From an uncultured bacterium (GTDB lineage Bacteria; Patescibacteriota; Minisyncoccia; Phycocordibacterales; GWA1-40-21): a stretch of DNA of 64,000 nt. Of this stretch, positions 62,601-64,000 are shown in pieces. The position numbers and the translations under genes were made by a program. The stretch spans positions 504 to 64,503 of the forward strand of contig CAIJNK010000011.1 in the NCBI GenBank assembly GCA_903822075.1, given 5' to 3'. The notes under the pieces are model-generated. The model saw nothing but the letters and a program-made list of their open reading frames with translations. It was not told where the DNA came from and did no database searches. Positions within the stretch are counted from its first letter, which is position 1. Every line of letters starts with the position of its first letter.

Positions 62601-62861
62601 GAGCCTAAAGAAGGCAAAGAAGTTACAGTGGCCGGCATAATAGAAGAAGTTCGAGAAATCACTACGAAAAAAGGTGACCCCATGGCTTTTGTCAAATTAT
62701 CCGATTATTTTGAAACCCTGGAAACTGTAGTCTTTCCAAAGACCATGGCACAACTAAAATCTCTCCTGATAAAAGATAAGTGTGTGGCAATTAAAGGTAA
62801 AGTCTCCTTACGTAATGGCGAGGTAACCCTCATAGTGGATAAGATGAAAGAATTGGTCTAA
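59664..62861 (+). CDS. dnaE: DNA polymerase III alpha subunit
   Basis: PHP 'HLHVHSHYSLL', 'PDIDMD', 'KFDFLG', 'YGFNKAH', OB tail. Confidence 0.98.
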   Translation: MSSKFIHLHVHSHYSLLNALPKIPELVKEAKKYGMNALALTDNANLYGAIEFYKACKKAEIKPILGSDFYMAARTRFDKQGGVDNRRSRLILLVKDLSGYHNLIKLVTQANLEGFYYKPRIDKELIEKYSEGLICISPSFSGATTQALKNGNIEEAHRLISWYKQIYGKENFYLELTHHPEIEGHEEIMKKIIRLAHETNTPLVAAHDTYYLHQEDKKARDTLMLVNTAGDFSDKNSDSNEEDFSFIDQERAEILFADTPEALANTVKIAERCNLELKLGTWVFPDFKVESGLKPDDELKRLAYEGFKVRGLEQTKEYVDRLEYELKVIKDKGYSPYFLVVADLLHFAHAHNILTNIRGSVAGSLTTYLTKITNVDPIDFKLPFERFLNPERPSAPDIDMDYADNRRDEVIAYAKTKYGADKVAQIGTFGTMMARGSVKDVARAMGFPYTLGDRISKLIPMGAQGFPMTIDKALTDVAELKKMYDEEEDVKTIIDMAKKVEGCARHISVHAAGVVMAPSPLTDFTALQFDTKGEEKIITQYDMHAVEDAGLLKFDFLGIKNLAILSNAVTLAKKIDGVEVDIENIPMNDAKTFELLAKGETTGLFQLNGTGMTKYLKELKPSTIHDINAMVALYRPGPLDSIPEYIKRKHNSRTIRFLDPRMKEILAQSFGVITYQDDVMLIAIKLGGYSWLEADKLRKAMGKKIPAEMEAQKSKLKEGLLKNGMTQEKADELWALIEPFAAYGFNKAHAASYGRVAYQTAYMKANFPATYMASVLTADSGDVEKIAEFINDCKRMDIPVLPPNINESFQAFTVIKAKLPGEKDTIRFGLTTIKNFGEGIANSIIEERKKNGKFISLANFLDRIKDRNLNKKSLEALIKAGAMDEFGERGIMLANVENMLTYSKEAGKMSENQDSLFGAYITEMGDVNNFKLQEAPAALPLEKLGWERELLGLYLSGHPLDKFKKIIDEKNYSIKNIKTEPKEGKEVTVAGIIEEVREITTKKGDPMAFVKLSDYFETLETVVFPKTMAQLKSLLIKDKCVAIKGKVSLRNGEVTLIVDKMKELV

Positions 62862-62875
62862 ACAAAACACTAAGA

Positions 62876-63109
62876 CTAGAATTTGGCTTTTTCCTCCTCT
62901 TTTTTCAAGAATTGATCGAATATCTTATTCCAGAGGCTTAAATTTCTGGTAACCGGATTGGCGTAAATACCTAAGGAAGCCAAAAATACCAAAAGAAAAG
63001 CAGCCATACCCACGTCCATCGAGTTTTCAATGGCGTAAAGGGCCACGTAGAAAAAGAAGTACCAAATGACAATTTCAAAAATCCACCAAAATATTTTCTT
63101 TATTAGCAT
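62876..63109 (-). CDS. Small 2-TM membrane protein
   Basis: Hydrophobic ORF; TATTAT-N6-ATG. Confidence 0.6.
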   Translation of the reverse strand: MLIKKIFWWIFEIVIWYFFFYVALYAIENSMDVGMAAFLLVFLASLGIYANPVTRNLSLWNKIFDQFLKKEEEKAKF

Positions 63110-63288
63110 ACCTTAATAATATGCTTCCCCCATGAAAATGCAATGAAGGATTTTTAAATAATTCCAAAATCAAAGAATCAAAGTGCGCCATGGCGTACTT
63201 GAGATTCACTATGGTTAATCTCATAAAGTTAAGACTTAAAACCCCGCCAAACTCCGGTGAGCAAGGCGGGGGGGAGCAGTATTGTTCC

Positions 63289-63657
63289 TCAAGACTTGTA
63301 GGGACTAGCTGGAATGATGGCTTCGATTTCTTCCTTAGCGGGAGAAAGCTGAGCGGAATCGCGAGGTTTTGTCAAAGGCCCCTTCCTTAGACACGCCACC
63401 CCGTAGTCTAAATCCATATCTGCCCCGACCAACCCAAGAAGCTCATCGAAATGCGTCGTTCCACCCTCGCTGCACATATCATGAAAACCAGCGACGACTT
63501 TATTTGTTTCGGTCAAAACCAGCCGCACGTCACGAGTCAAACCTTGGCTCTGCCGAATGAGCCAAATTAAGCACTTTCTGGTAAACTCATCGGCATCTTT
63601 CGACCTCCAAACCAGAAACTCGAGGTAATCAAGTTGGCGCTGACTAATCTTGGACAT
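63289..63657 (-). CDS. Hypothetical orphan protein in a stand-alone unit
   Basis: SD AAGGAGG, promoter TTGACA...TATATT at 63722..63749, hairpin near 63241..63271. Confidence 0.6.
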   Translation of the reverse strand: MSKISQRQLDYLEFLVWRSKDADEFTRKCLIWLIRQSQGLTRDVRLVLTETNKVVAGFHDMCSEGGTTHFDELLGLVGADMDLDYGVACLRKGPLTKPRDSAQLSPAKEEIEAIIPASPYKS

Positions 63658-63769
63658 GAATCCTCCTTCCCCTAGAGTCTGCTAGGTCAGATACTTGGTT
63701 TCGAACAACATTCTGTTATTAAATATACACTCGTGATGTAAAATGTCAATCTGGACGATACAATTAAAA

Positions 63770-63929
63770 AGACTTATGATTAAATAAGTAGAGATTGTTA
63801 CGGCTACCAACCGTGATTCAGAAATGAACCGAAAGGCTAATCTACACAAAGAGAAAAAAGTCAGGTGGAACCGCGAAATTGACTCGCCCCGACAAAAAGT
63901 GAAACTTCATTTTTTGTCGGGGCGATTTT
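63770..63929 (+). ncRNA. T-box riboswitch leader (regulated gene lies beyond the window)
   Basis: AGG-TGGAACC-GCGA...TCGC-CC antiterminator overlapping the terminator TCGCCCCGACAAAAA...TTTTTGTCGGGGCGA-TTTT; AGTA and GA motifs upstream; -10 TACAAT at 63759. Confidence 0.7.
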
Positions 63930-64000
63930 GATTTTTGCACTTCAAAAATCATGTCGAAAGATTTTCTTTAACAAAGTTAAATAAAATTTTTGACTTGTTT

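Noticed and set aside
63178-63202. Palindrome AAGTGCGCCATGGCGTACTT
   Set aside because: A single imperfect palindrome with no second copy or linked regulator, so no function can be assigned.

Overview
This window looks like a Patescibacteria (CPR, Parcubacteria-like) chromosome segment using genetic code 11, with most genes on the minus strand. The core genes are gyrA, gyrB, rpsA, short pheS/pheT, rpoD, dnaG, rpoC, rpoB, cspA, a SWIB protein, a PIF1-like helicase and dnaE. There is also an array of at least 6 CPR/VirB2-type pilins, a MarR-EmrAB-like efflux operon and a T-box leader at the right edge. Many AT-rich host genes look leaderless, with the -10 box 6-7 nt before the ATG. Interspersed among them is a second class of GC-richer, self-contained units, each with a consensus sigma70 promoter, often a boxA-like motif, a strong SD and an intrinsic terminator. 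These units cluster at about 36-54 kb. That island holds a xylose-isomerase-like gene, a frameshifted fucI, and a candidate new system: ABC transporter, TelA, XpaC-like protein, ARC/Mpa-type AAA ATPase with a MIB/HERC2-like N-domain, two SBP-OmpA fusions and a vWA lipoprotein. One of two paralogous porin-like genes adjoins it. Several insertions duplicate the 5' ends or regulatory scaffolds of essential genes (pheS, dnaG). All calls come from reading motifs by eye; no database searches were run.
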